From an uncultured Gemmatimonadales bacterium (lineage in GTDB: Bacteria > Gemmatimonadota > Gemmatimonadetes > Gemmatimonadales > GWC2-71-9), in NCBI GenBank assembly GCA_963730185.1, contig CAVSQW010000014.1:160001-224000 (forward strand): a stretch of DNA of 64,000 nucleotides, read 5' to 3'. The position numbers were made by a program, and so were the translations under genes. The notes under the pieces are model-generated. The model saw only the letters and a program-made list of their open reading frames with translations. It ran no database searches and was not told where the DNA came from. Of this stretch, positions 37,681-47,342 are shown piece after piece. Positions within the stretch are counted from its first letter, which is position 1, and each line of letters opens with the position of its first letter.

Positions 37681-37760
37681 CCCCCTACTCCCCTACTCCC
37701 CAGTCCCCACCCCCTCCCTACTCCCGACTCACCAGTCACTAGTCACTAGTCTCAAGTCAC
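37681..37760. repeat. Heptamer tandem repeats
   Basis: CCCTACT, CCCGACT, CACCAGT, CACTAGT x2. Confidence 0.75.
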
Positions 37761-40399
37761 CAACTGACGTAGTAGTTCGCCTTCACGAGAAACACGTTCT
37801 GCATGTCGTCGCCGAAGATTCCGCCCAGGTCGTGGAGGGGCCGGAACGACGGATCGGCGATGGCGTTCTGCCGGCCTTGGTTCCAGACCAGGAAGAGGGT
37901 CGACCCGGGGCGGTACTCCCAGCGGAGCACCACGTTGCTCCGGATCGAGCGGAGCCGGAAGTCCGGGTTGGGGTAGAGGAATCTGGGAGACGGCCCCGCG
38001 CCGTCGGCGTCGAGAACCGTGGTGCCGGTCTGGTCGACGCCGATCGTGGAGCCGCCGGCGCCATAGGTCGCGAACCCGTAGCCTCGGGGCGTGGTGAACG
38101 CCTTGGGGACGCCGAACGCGGCGGTCGCCACGAACGGCTGGGCGTACACCTGGAGCGACAGGCTTGGCGTGAAGTAGAGATCGAGCCGGGTCACGACGCT
38201 CAGCACGTTCTGGTCGAGCCCGGCAAACAGGTATCGCGCGCCATAGGTGGCGGTTGCCGTTGGGTCGGCGTAGGCGCCGAGGTAGAAGGCGTCGAAGCGG
38301 CTATGCTGATAGGTGGGGGTCAGCGAGACCCGGGTCCCGTGCGGCGTCTGGATCGTGAGGCTCAGGGCCGCGGCCTCGGCGGTGCTGCCGGCGCCGTCCC
38401 GGACATAGGTCGCGTGGAATCCGCTGGCCACCATCTTCCGCGGGTCGGTCTGGTACACGCCGGAGACGGTGAACTTTCCGGGCAGGCGGAAAAGCGGGCC
38501 GCCCCGGGTGGTCCGGTCGTCGAGCCCCCGGAACCGATAGACTCCGCTGAGGTAGATCGTGGCGAGCCCCTGGGTCTGGATCTGAGCGTTCACGCCGCCA
38601 CTGGGAGCCAGCCGGACACCGCCGAAGTTCAGGTCCTGCGTCACGCTCACGTCGACCGCGGCCGAGCGGGCCAGGCGGCCTGGACTGAGCCAGTGACGGC
38701 CGCCCTTGGCGTTGAAGTGGATCCGGTCGGCGTCGGTCTGGAAGCCGGCGTCGTTGATCTCGAACCCGGGGGTGGTAAACCCGCTGGTAACCCCGTACAC
38801 CCAGCTGCCGCCTTCCTTGGCGACGGTGAGCTCGCCGTCCGCCCCCCGGAGCGAGGTGGCGGTGGGATCGTAGCTCACGTACGACTGGTCGGGCCGCTGG
38901 TAGTAGCGGGCTGAGGCCAGCTGGGCGGCCTGGATCGCTTCGGGCTCACCGGCGATGGACGAGGCGCCGACGTGACCTGACAGCTGCCAGGTGTTGCGGC
39001 GCCAGCGGTGGAAGAAGTCGACGCCGCCGAACTGGGCCGACCGCCGGATCGAGGCGAAGTGCTGCGGGTCGATCTCGCGGTTGACCGTGGTCGCCATGAT
39101 CCCGAACCCGCTCGTGCCGGCGCCCAGGTCGCGCTTGATCCGGACCACGCCGTAGTTGCTGAGCGGCTCAACCGGGATGGACTGGATTCCGGCGCCGGTC
39201 GCCTCGGCGATCCGGCCGGTCTCCCGTCCGGTGACGGCGTCGAGCACGCCGATCGACCACCCCGAGCCGGTGTGGCCGGCCAGTTTGACCGCACCCAGAA
39301 TCGAGCTCGAGGCGGGCTCGTCGACGAAGGGCGCGGCGCCGAGGAGCGAGATGCCGGGCGGCCGGCCGATCCGGCGGGAGTAGAAGTAGGTATTGGTGCC
39401 CCCGCCGAAGAGGAACAGGTTGGAGCCTTCGACGAAGAACGGGCGCTGCTCGCTGAAGAAGGTCTCGTAGGCCGTCAGGTTGACGACCGACGGGTCGGCC
39501 TCGACCTGGCCGAAGTCGGGATTGATGGTGGCGTTGAGCGTGAGGTCGCTGCTCAGGCCGTACTTCACGTCGATCCCGCCGGTCACCGACCCTTTGCTGC
39601 CGTCGTCGAACGGATTCGCCGCCGGGACGCCCTGGGTCAGCTGGGCCTGACTGGAGACGTAGGGGAGGAATTCCAGCCGCCGGGGCGCCGGGATGTCGTG
39701 GAGGCCGAGCAGGTGGCCGTACTTCGAGACCTGACCCGGCTCGGACCGGGGCGACCACTGCCAGTCGACGGCCTCGCCGGCGCGGATGTTGTCCCGCCGG
39801 AACTGAATCCCCCAGACCTGGACCGGTTGCTGGGAGAAACGGAGCTGCGAGAAGGGAATCCGGATCTCGGCCACCCAGCCCAGCGAGTCGATGCTGGTGT
39901 GGGCCTCCCAGACCGGGTCCCACCCGGTGTCGAACTCGCCGGTGCCGTCGCCGGTCGCGATGGCGTCGCGCCGCTCGCCCGCCGGGGTGACACCGAAGAC
40001 GAACTGGGTCCGGTGATCGTGGTACGAGTCGATCAGGACGAAGAAGGCGTCGTTGAAGGTGCTGAACGAGTCGCGCCGGTTAAGGCGGCGGGAGACCAGC
40101 TCCGGGTGGGTGTCGAAGAGCCGGGCCCCGACGTAGAGCGCCTCGTGGTCGTAGAGGACCCGGATCTCGACGTCGTCGGTCGCGGGCTTTCCGTCGCTCG
40201 GGACGTCGCGCCGGAAACCGTGCTGTGCTTCGGCCTGGGCCCAGGCCGCGTCGTCCAGCCGGCCGTCAACCTTGGGTGGGGTCGCGGTGGCCGCGGCCGT
40301 GATCGATCGCGGGACCCGGCCGTTCCGATGCCGCAGGTCCATCGCCACGATCGAGTCAGGCGCGGCGGGGACCTGCAGGGCCAGCAGGATGGCGAGCAT
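37757..40399 (-). CDS. DUF5916 / CBM9-like outer-membrane protein (paralog 2)
   Basis: VDGRLDDAAW, IPFSQLRF, TINPDFGQVEAD, RWEYRPGSTLFLVW. Confidence 0.88.
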   Translation of the reverse strand: MLAILLALQVPAAPDSIVAMDLRHRNGRVPRSITAAATATPPKVDGRLDDAAWAQAEAQHGFRRDVPSDGKPATDDVEIRVLYDHEALYVGARLFDTHPELVSRRLNRRDSFSTFNDAFFVLIDSYHDHRTQFVFGVTPAGERRDAIATGDGTGEFDTGWDPVWEAHTSIDSLGWVAEIRIPFSQLRFSQQPVQVWGIQFRRDNIRAGEAVDWQWSPRSEPGQVSKYGHLLGLHDIPAPRRLEFLPYVSSQAQLTQGVPAANPFDDGSKGSVTGGIDVKYGLSSDLTLNATINPDFGQVEADPSVVNLTAYETFFSEQRPFFVEGSNLFLFGGGTNTYFYSRRIGRPPGISLLGAAPFVDEPASSSILGAVKLAGHTGSGWSIGVLDAVTGRETGRIAEATGAGIQSIPVEPLSNYGVVRIKRDLGAGTSGFGIMATTVNREIDPQHFASIRRSAQFGGVDFFHRWRRNTWQLSGHVGASSIAGEPEAIQAAQLASARYYQRPDQSYVSYDPTATSLRGADGELTVAKEGGSWVYGVTSGFTTPGFEINDAGFQTDADRIHFNAKGGRHWLSPGRLARSAAVDVSVTQDLNFGGVRLAPSGGVNAQIQTQGLATIYLSGVYRFRGLDDRTTRGGPLFRLPGKFTVSGVYQTDPRKMVASGFHATYVRDGAGSTAEAAALSLTIQTPHGTRVSLTPTYQHSRFDAFYLGAYADPTATATYGARYLFAGLDQNVLSVVTRLDLYFTPSLSLQVYAQPFVATAAFGVPKAFTTPRGYGFATYGAGGSTIGVDQTGTTVLDADGAGPSPRFLYPNPDFRLRSIRSNVVLRWEYRPGSTLFLVWNQGRQNAIADPSFRPLHDLGGIFGDDMQNVFLVKANYYVSW

Positions 40400-40411
40400 T
40401 GGGATCGGCGG

Positions 40412-43069
40412 CTAGAGGGAGAGGTAGTAGTTCGCCTTCACGAGGAGCACGTTCTGCTGCGGGTCGCTCCAGATCCGGCCGAAATCGGTGAGCGCATCGA
40501 ACCGGGGATCGAGGTCGCTGTAGGACCGGCTGTGGTTCCACACCAGGAAGAGGGTCGAGCCTGGGAGGTACTCCCAGCGGAGGACCAGGTTGCTCCGAAT
40601 CGAGCGGACCCGGAAGTCGGGGTTGCCGAAGGTGATCGGGGGCGCCGGCCCGGCGCCGTCCGGGTCGGCGGTGTAGGTCTCGTCGGCCCCGTCGTAGGTC
40701 AGGGTCGACGGCCCGCTGCCGTAGGGCGTGAAGGCGAAGCTGCCGGGCGCCGCCAGCTCCTTGAAGCCCTGGTAGGCGCCGGTCGCGACGAACGGCTGGG
40801 CGTAGAGCTGGACCGAGAGGCTCGGCGTGAGGACCACGCTGAGCCGGGTGGTCAGGCTCAGGGTGTTTTGATCCAGCTGAGCGAACAGGTATCGACCGCC
40901 GAGCGTGGACGTGGCCGTCGGGTCGGCGCTCTGGGTCACGTAGAACGCGGTCTCGTGCGAGCGATGGAAGCTCGGGCTCAGCGAAAGGCTCACGGCGCCG
41001 TTGGACCGGAACACCAGGTCCGGGCCGACCCGGACGCTCCAGCGGCCGTCGTCACCCCGGTCGTAGCGCGCGCCGAAGCCGCCCGAGACCGCCCGGCGGC
41101 CGTCGCTCCGGAGGTAGGAGCCGACCTCCCAGGAGCCGGGCGCGTGGAGGAGGGGGCCGCCCCGGGTCGCCCGGTCGTCGGAGGCGGCGAAGGCCCGCTG
41201 CACGTTGACGTGGACTCCCCAGAAGTTCCGGAACTGGCCGCCTCCCGACGCCTCGATCGTCCGGCGCAGGTTGGTGCCTCCGAAGTTGAACCGGTGGAAG
41301 GAGTTCAGGCTGACGTCGAAGTTCCGGAAGATCGGTCCCGGCCGGACCCAGCGGCGGCTGACCCGGGCGAAGACCGAGGCCCGGTCGGCGTCGGTCTGGA
41401 ACCCGACGTCGTTCAGCTCGAGACCCGGAGTCACGAAGTTGTTGTTGAGCGAGAAGAGCCAGTCGCCGCTGATCTTCGAGACGCTGAGCTCGCCGGCCAG
41501 GCCGGTCAGGCGGGTTCGGGTGGAGTCGTAGTGCAGGTAGCGCTGATCGGGTCGCTGGTAGTAGCGAGTCGACGCCAGCTGGAGCGCGTCGATCGCCGCC
41601 GTGTCACCGGTTACCGTGGCGAAGCCGACTCCGCCCCGGATCTCGTAACCGTTCTGGGCGAACCGGTGGAAGAAGTCGACTCCGCCGGTCAGCGCGCCCG
41701 AGCGGAGGTCGCGAAAGTCGGGGTTCGAGAGGTCACGCTCCACCACCGTCGCGAGCAGCCCGATCCCGCTGCTGCCGTTCCGGAGGTCGCGCCGGAGCCG
41801 GAACACGCCGTAGCCGGTGCGCGGCTCGACCGCCACCCGGGGGAGCGGGGTGCCGTCCGCGTTCGCCAGCCGGGCGAACTCCTGGCCGGTGAGCGCGCCC
41901 ACGGCGCCGATCGACCAGCCCGACCGGGTCCGGCCGGTGAGCTTCGCGGCCCCGAGGATCGAGGTGGCCGCCGGCTGGTCCACGTAGGTCGCCAGGTCGG
42001 AGGCCGAATGCTGCGGGGCCCGGCCGATCCGCCGCGAGTAGTAGAAGTTCACCCCGCCGTCGCGGACCCCGAAATCCATGATGCCCGAGCCCTCGACGAA
42101 GAAGGGCCGCCGCTCGTCGAACCGGGTCTCGAAGGCGGAGAGATTGACCACCGACGGGTCGGCCTCGACCTGGCCGAAGTCGGGATTGATCGTCGCATCG
42201 AGGGTGAGATCGCTGGTGAGGCCGTACTTGAGGTCGAGCCCGCCCGCCAGGGAGGCCACCGACCCGTCGTCGAACGGGCTCCTGGGGTCCGCGTTCTGGG
42301 TGAAGCGGGCCTGGCTCACGGTGTAGGGAAGCACCTCGAGGTGCCGCGGCGCCGGAATGTTCTTGAGGCCGAGCAGGTGCCCGAACTTGGACGCCTGCCC
42401 CGGCTCGGTGCGTGGGGTCCAGGCCCAGTCGACGGCCTCGCCCGAGTGGCGGATGTCCCGCCGAAATTGAATGCCCCAGACCTGGGCCCGACCGGGTGGA
42501 AACCGGAGCTGCGAGAAGGGGATCCGCATCTCGGCCGTCCAGCCGAGCGAGTCGACCTGGGTCTTGGCTTCCCAGACCGGATCCCACGACTCGTCCCGGC
42601 TCGACCCGTCCGAGCTCGACGTCATGTCCCGCCGCTCGCCCGCGGGCGTCACTCCGAACACGAACGCGGTCCGGTGATCGTGGTAGGAGTCGATCAGCAC
42701 GAAGAAGGCGTCGTTGATGACGCCGAACGAGTCGCGCCGGCTCAGGCGCTCGGACACGTCCCTCGGGCGGCTGTAGAGCCGGGCGCCGATGTAGAGGGCG
42801 TTCCGGTCGTAGAGGAGCCGCACCACCGTCCGGTCCGATGCCGGCTTCCCGTCCGAGGGAACGTCCCGGCGGAATCCGGTCACCGGCTGCGCGAGGCGCC
42901 AGACGGGATCGTCCAGACTGCCGTCGACGGCGGGTGCCTCGGGCGAATACGCGGCCGTGACCGCCGGTGGAATTCGTCCATCCCGATGGCGCAGCTCGGG
43001 CCGGGCCGCCGAGGCGACGGCACTCGTATCTTGGAGCTGGAGGAAAGCAAGAGCGGACAGCCACAGCAT
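40412..43069 (-). CDS. DUF5916 / CBM9-like outer-membrane protein (paralog 1)
   Basis: Same motifs as the downstream paralog; RBS GGAG. Confidence 0.88.
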   Translation of the reverse strand: MLWLSALAFLQLQDTSAVASAARPELRHRDGRIPPAVTAAYSPEAPAVDGSLDDPVWRLAQPVTGFRRDVPSDGKPASDRTVVRLLYDRNALYIGARLYSRPRDVSERLSRRDSFGVINDAFFVLIDSYHDHRTAFVFGVTPAGERRDMTSSSDGSSRDESWDPVWEAKTQVDSLGWTAEMRIPFSQLRFPPGRAQVWGIQFRRDIRHSGEAVDWAWTPRTEPGQASKFGHLLGLKNIPAPRHLEVLPYTVSQARFTQNADPRSPFDDGSVASLAGGLDLKYGLTSDLTLDATINPDFGQVEADPSVVNLSAFETRFDERRPFFVEGSGIMDFGVRDGGVNFYYSRRIGRAPQHSASDLATYVDQPAATSILGAAKLTGRTRSGWSIGAVGALTGQEFARLANADGTPLPRVAVEPRTGYGVFRLRRDLRNGSSGIGLLATVVERDLSNPDFRDLRSGALTGGVDFFHRFAQNGYEIRGGVGFATVTGDTAAIDALQLASTRYYQRPDQRYLHYDSTRTRLTGLAGELSVSKISGDWLFSLNNNFVTPGLELNDVGFQTDADRASVFARVSRRWVRPGPIFRNFDVSLNSFHRFNFGGTNLRRTIEASGGGQFRNFWGVHVNVQRAFAASDDRATRGGPLLHAPGSWEVGSYLRSDGRRAVSGGFGARYDRGDDGRWSVRVGPDLVFRSNGAVSLSLSPSFHRSHETAFYVTQSADPTATSTLGGRYLFAQLDQNTLSLTTRLSVVLTPSLSVQLYAQPFVATGAYQGFKELAAPGSFAFTPYGSGPSTLTYDGADETYTADPDGAGPAPPITFGNPDFRVRSIRSNLVLRWEYLPGSTLFLVWNHSRSYSDLDPRFDALTDFGRIWSDPQQNVLLVKANYYLSL

Positions 43070-43256
43070 GCCGGCGTCTCCTTTGGGGCTCGGGTCGCCG
43101 GGTCGCCGGCGTCTAAATCGTATACAGCTAGGTCGGCTGGCGGTAGAGCCCAAATGGCCCTGCCGGCGTCTCGGTCCGGGCCGGGTGGCCGGTGTCGGCA
43201 GGGCGCCTACATTCAAGTAAACCAATCAGTTCGGCTTTCTACCGGAGCAGACGACG

Positions 43257-44471
43257 ATGGGACTTCGGGGGCTCGTAGGGCTGGCGATGGTGGGGGTGAC
43301 CGCTCTTCCGACGGTCGGGGCCGGCCAGGCCCCCGGGAAAGGGTTCGATCGGGCCTGGGCGCCGGTGCAGGCCTACTTCCATCAGGTCCTGAACGATGAA
43401 GGCGTGGTGGGTGGCGCTCTGACGTTCTTCCATGGCGACTCGGTCCTGGCCCGGGAGGTTCACGGGTACGCCGATCTGGCCACCCATCGGAAGGTCGACG
43501 AGCGGACCATTTTTCACTGGGCCTCGATCACCAAGACGCTGACCGGCATCGCGATCATGCAGCTCCGCGACCGGGGCCGGCTTCGGCTCACCGATCCCAT
43601 CGTGCGATACGTGCCGGAGCTCCGGAAGGTCCATGACCCCTACGGCGACGTGAGTGAGATCACGATCGGGATGCTGATGTCGCACGCGGCCGGATTCCGG
43701 AACCCGACCTGGCCCTGGGGCGGCGACCAGCCGTGGCAGCCCTTCGAGCCGACCGACTGGTCGCAGCTGGTGGCCATGATGCCGTACACCCAGATCCTCT
43801 TCCCGCCGGGGAGCAAGTACAGCTACTCCAATCCGGGGATCATCTTCCTGGGCCGGACGATCGAGGGGCTGACCGACGACGACTTCGAAGTCTACATGGA
43901 GAAGAACGTGCTCCGCCCGCTGGGCATGGCGTCGGCCTACTACGACGTCACGCCGTACCACCTGCTCAAGTACCGGTCCAACAACTACACCATGGTCGAC
44001 GGCGCGCCGAAGGCCAACGGGCTCGACTTCGACACCGGAATCACCACCTCGAACGGCGGCTTGAACGCCCCCCTCGCCGACATGGTTCGGTATCTCCAGT
44101 TCCTGGTGGGGGCGCCCGGGCTCGACGACGACGCCCGGGCCGTGCTGGCCCGCTCGTCGCTCGAGGAGATGTGGCGGCCGGTCCTGCCGCTCGAGCCGGC
44201 GGGCGCCGATTCCATCGGTCGGTCGTTCTTCATCTACCACCGGAACGGCGTCCGGCTGCTCGGCCACACCGGTAGCCAGCAGGCCTTCCGCTCGTTCTTC
44301 TACCTCGATCCGGTGAGCCAGACCGGGGTGATCGCCGCGTTCAACACCGCGCCGGCGGACGATGCCCGGAATCCGACCGAGGCGGGGGCGGCCAAGCCGC
44401 GGATCGGCGTGATCTTCGACGGGCTCTTGGACCGGCTCGCGGGCTCCGTCTTTCCGTACTTTCGGCCGTAG
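43257..44471 (+). CDS. Serine hydrolase (beta-lactamase family)
   Basis: SITK, YSN, HTG motifs; signal peptide. Confidence 0.92.
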   Translation: MGLRGLVGLAMVGVTALPTVGAGQAPGKGFDRAWAPVQAYFHQVLNDEGVVGGALTFFHGDSVLAREVHGYADLATHRKVDERTIFHWASITKTLTGIAIMQLRDRGRLRLTDPIVRYVPELRKVHDPYGDVSEITIGMLMSHAAGFRNPTWPWGGDQPWQPFEPTDWSQLVAMMPYTQILFPPGSKYSYSNPGIIFLGRTIEGLTDDDFEVYMEKNVLRPLGMASAYYDVTPYHLLKYRSNNYTMVDGAPKANGLDFDTGITTSNGGLNAPLADMVRYLQFLVGAPGLDDDARAVLARSSLEEMWRPVLPLEPAGADSIGRSFFIYHRNGVRLLGHTGSQQAFRSFFYLDPVSQTGVIAAFNTAPADDARNPTEAGAAKPRIGVIFDGLLDRLAGSVFPYFRP

Positions 44472-44513
44472 GGCGGGGGATGGCGGCGTGACGCGGTGCG
44501 GAGCCCCTCGGGG

Positions 44514-45299
44514 TTACCGTCCCTGGAATCGCGGTGGGCGTTGCTCCGCGAACGCCAGGATTCCTTCCTGGCGATCGGCGGAGCCGAGCATTCGCTCGTA
44601 GGTCGGGTAGCGGCCTTCGCGCACCGTCCGGAAGGCGTCGCGCACGCTGAGCCCGGCCGTCTCCCGGACGACCTCCTTGGTGGCCTGGATCGAGAGCGGC
44701 GCCGCCTCCGCGATGGTCCGGGCCAGCGACCGCGCCCGTTCCCGAAGCTCGGCGGCCGGCACGACGGCGTTGACCAGCCCCCACCGGGCCGCTTCGGCCG
44801 CGCCCATCCGGCGGCCGGTGAAGAGCATCTCCATGGCGACGGCATACGGCAGCCGGCGAGGCAGACGCTGGACTCCGCCGGCATCGGCCACGTTGCCGAT
44901 CCGCCCTTCCGGCAGGGCGAATTCGGCGTGGTCGGCCGCGAGGATCAAGTCGGCCGCCAGGGCCAACTCGAAGCCGCCCCCGATCGCCAGGCCGTTCACG
45001 GCGGCGATGACCGGCTTGGCCAGGTCGAACAGCTCAGTCAGGCCGGCGAATCCGCCCGGGCCGTAGTCCATCCGCTCGTGCTCGCCCTCGGCGCCGGCTT
45101 TGAGGTCCCAGCCCGCGGAGAAGAACCGGTCTCCGGCGCCGGTGACGATGGCCACCCGGAGGTCGGGGTCGTCGCGGAAGGCCACGAAAGCCTCACCCAG
45201 GGCCACGCTGGTGGCCCGGTCGATGGCATTGGCCTTCGGGCGGTCGAGCACCAGCTCCAGCACGTGCTCGTGCCACGTGAGACGAAACGGGGGCGGCAT
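44514..45299 (-). CDS. Enoyl-CoA hydratase (CaiD-like)
   Basis: FSAGWDLK, AIGGGFELAL, FALPE. Confidence 0.92.
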   Translation of the reverse strand: MPPPFRLTWHEHVLELVLDRPKANAIDRATSVALGEAFVAFRDDPDLRVAIVTGAGDRFFSAGWDLKAGAEGEHERMDYGPGGFAGLTELFDLAKPVIAAVNGLAIGGGFELALAADLILAADHAEFALPEGRIGNVADAGGVQRLPRRLPYAVAMEMLFTGRRMGAAEAARWGLVNAVVPAAELRERARSLARTIAEAAPLSIQATKEVVRETAGLSVRDAFRTVREGRYPTYERMLGSADRQEGILAFAEQRPPRFQGR

Positions 45300-45409
45300 G
45301 GCGGCTCCAGGTGGCGGTGGGCCGAGTATAGCCTTCCCCTCTCGTCGGTTGCTACTCTTAAGGAGATGACGAACCCGACCCGCCCGCCCGCCCCGACGCC
45401 CGTGCTCCG

Positions 45410-45991
45410 GTGACCCCGAATTTTCATTCCTCGTCCGACCGCCGGGACTTCTTCCGCGACAACCTGGGGGAGTGGATCCGCAAGGTGGTCGAGGAGACCG
45501 AGGAGCGGATCATCCAGACCCGGTATTTTCGGCCGCCGGGGGCGCTGCCGGAGGTGGCGTTCCTCGCGGCCTGTACCCGGTGCGGCCTCTGTTCGCCGGT
45601 GTGTCCCGTCCACGCCATCCTCACGGTGCCCCCGTCGGGCGGGCTCGCGGCGGGTACGCCGTTCATCGATCCGAAGAGCCAGCCGTGCGTGGCCTGCGCC
45701 GACATCCCCTGCGCCGCCGCCTGCCCGACCGGGGCGCTCACCGCGCCGCTCGACGGCTGGGCCCGGCTCCGGGTGGGACGAATCGAGTTCGTGCCGGAGC
45801 GGTGCGTGACCTTTCAGGGCACCGAATGCCGGGTCTGCGTCGACGCCTGTCCCGTGGGAGAGCGGGCGCTCGCTATGGACGAGGCGGGCCACCCGGTGCT
45901 CCGGTACGAGGGCTGCGTCGGGTGCGGAGTTTGCATGCGAGAGTGCATCACGTCGCCGTCATCGTTCCAACTCGAGCAAATGGAGGCCTGA
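45410..45991 (+). CDS. MauM/NapG-type 4Fe-4S polyferredoxin
   Basis: RPPGA, CTRCGLC...CP and three further Cys clusters. Confidence 0.9.
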   Translation: MTPNFHSSSDRRDFFRDNLGEWIRKVVEETEERIIQTRYFRPPGALPEVAFLAACTRCGLCSPVCPVHAILTVPPSGGLAAGTPFIDPKSQPCVACADIPCAAACPTGALTAPLDGWARLRVGRIEFVPERCVTFQGTECRVCVDACPVGERALAMDEAGHPVLRYEGCVGCGVCMRECITSPSSFQLEQMEA

Positions 45992-46344
45992 TGGCCGAGG
46001 TACCCTTTCGGGTGGACAAGCCGTGGGGCTACGAGCTGATCTGGGCGCGGACCGACCGGTACGTCGGGAAGATCCTCCACGTCGACGCCGGCCACGTGCT
46101 CAGCTGCCAGTACCACAACGCCAAGGACGAGACCATGTTCGTTCTGTCGGGCGAGCTGATCCTCCGCACCCAGCCGCAGGGCGGCGAGATGGCGGAGCGG
46201 ACGTTCCGGCAGGGCGAGTCGATTCACATTCCGCCCCTCCTCATCCATCAGATCGAGGCGGTGGTCGATTCCGACGTGCTCGAGGCCTCGACCCCCGAGC
46301 TCGACGATCTGGTCCGCCTCTCCGACCGCTACGGGAGATCGTGA
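45991..46344 (+). CDS. Cupin (mannose-6-phosphate isomerase type II-like)
   Basis: KPWG, LSCQYH..KDET, H, EASTPELDD. Confidence 0.88.
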   Translation: MAEVPFRVDKPWGYELIWARTDRYVGKILHVDAGHVLSCQYHNAKDETMFVLSGELILRTQPQGGEMAERTFRQGESIHIPPLLIHQIEAVVDSDVLEASTPELDDLVRLSDRYGRS

Positions 46345-46345
46345 C

Positions 46346-47329
46346 GTGCACGTAATCATTCCGCTCGCCGGCAAGGGAACCCGAGTCCGTCCCCACAGCC
46401 ATTTGGTCCCCAAGCCGATGATCAAGGTCGCGGGCCGGCCGGTCATCGACTGGGTGATGGACCGGGTCGAGGGGCTCGACGTGACCGATCTCATCTTCAT
46501 CACCGGTCACCTGAAGGAGCAGGTCGAGGCCTACGCCACCGGGCGCTACGGACTCCCCTGTCACTTCATCGAGCAGGAGGTGCAGGACGGGACGGCCGGG
46601 GCCGTGAACCTGGCCCGGCCGCTGGTCAGGGAGCCGGTCCTGATCATCTTCGTCGACACCGTCTTCGACGCCGACCTCACGGTGATCAACCGGACCGACG
46701 CGGACGGGATCATCTGGGCCAAGGAGGTTGAGGACTATCAGCGCTTCGGCGTGGTGGTGACCGACGACCAGGGCTTCATGACGAAGATCGTCGAGAAGCC
46801 GTCGGAGCCGATCTCGAAGCTGGCCAACATCGGTCTCTACTACATCCGCGACTACCAGGCCCTCTGGCAAGGGATCGACCACACCCTGGCCGCGCCCGCC
46901 AACAAGGGCGAATACTTCCTCACCGACGCCTTCCAGTGGATGATCGACCACGGGCGGAAGATCCTCACGGCCGAGGTGGGCGGATGGTACGACTGCGGCA
47001 AGGTCGACATGTTCGTCGAGACGAACGAGATCCTGCTGAAGAAGGGAGCCGCCCGGCATCCGGCTTTCGGCTCCGACGTGAAGATCATCGAGCCGGTGTT
47101 GATCGAAGACGGGGTCACCATCTCCCGCTCGACCATCGGCCCCAACGTCACCATCGAGACGGGAACCTCGATCGCCAACTCCACCGTCGCCAACACCCTG
47201 ATGGGTCAGCGCTGCCGGATCACCGGATCCACGATCCATCAGAGCATGCTCGGCAACCGGGTCACGGTGGAGGGGTTCGACGGTACCCTGAGCGTCTCCG
47301 ACGACTCCGCCATTCGCGGGGGGGAATAG
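46346..47329 (+). CDS. Sugar-phosphate nucleotidyltransferase
   Basis: AGKGTRVRP...PKPM, WYDCG, C-terminal hexapeptide repeats. Confidence 0.92.
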   Translation: MHVIIPLAGKGTRVRPHSHLVPKPMIKVAGRPVIDWVMDRVEGLDVTDLIFITGHLKEQVEAYATGRYGLPCHFIEQEVQDGTAGAVNLARPLVREPVLIIFVDTVFDADLTVINRTDADGIIWAKEVEDYQRFGVVVTDDQGFMTKIVEKPSEPISKLANIGLYYIRDYQALWQGIDHTLAAPANKGEYFLTDAFQWMIDHGRKILTAEVGGWYDCGKVDMFVETNEILLKKGAARHPAFGSDVKIIEPVLIEDGVTISRSTIGPNVTIETGTSIANSTVANTLMGQRCRITGSTIHQSMLGNRVTVEGFDGTLSVSDDSAIRGGE

Positions 47330-47342
47330 CGGATCTTCCCCG

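Noticed and set aside
39008..43399. 1463-aa + strand ORF and other long antisense ORFs (e.g. 1453..3426, 36185..38914)
   Set aside because: Shadow ORFs opposite real GC-rich genes, with no recognisable motifs.
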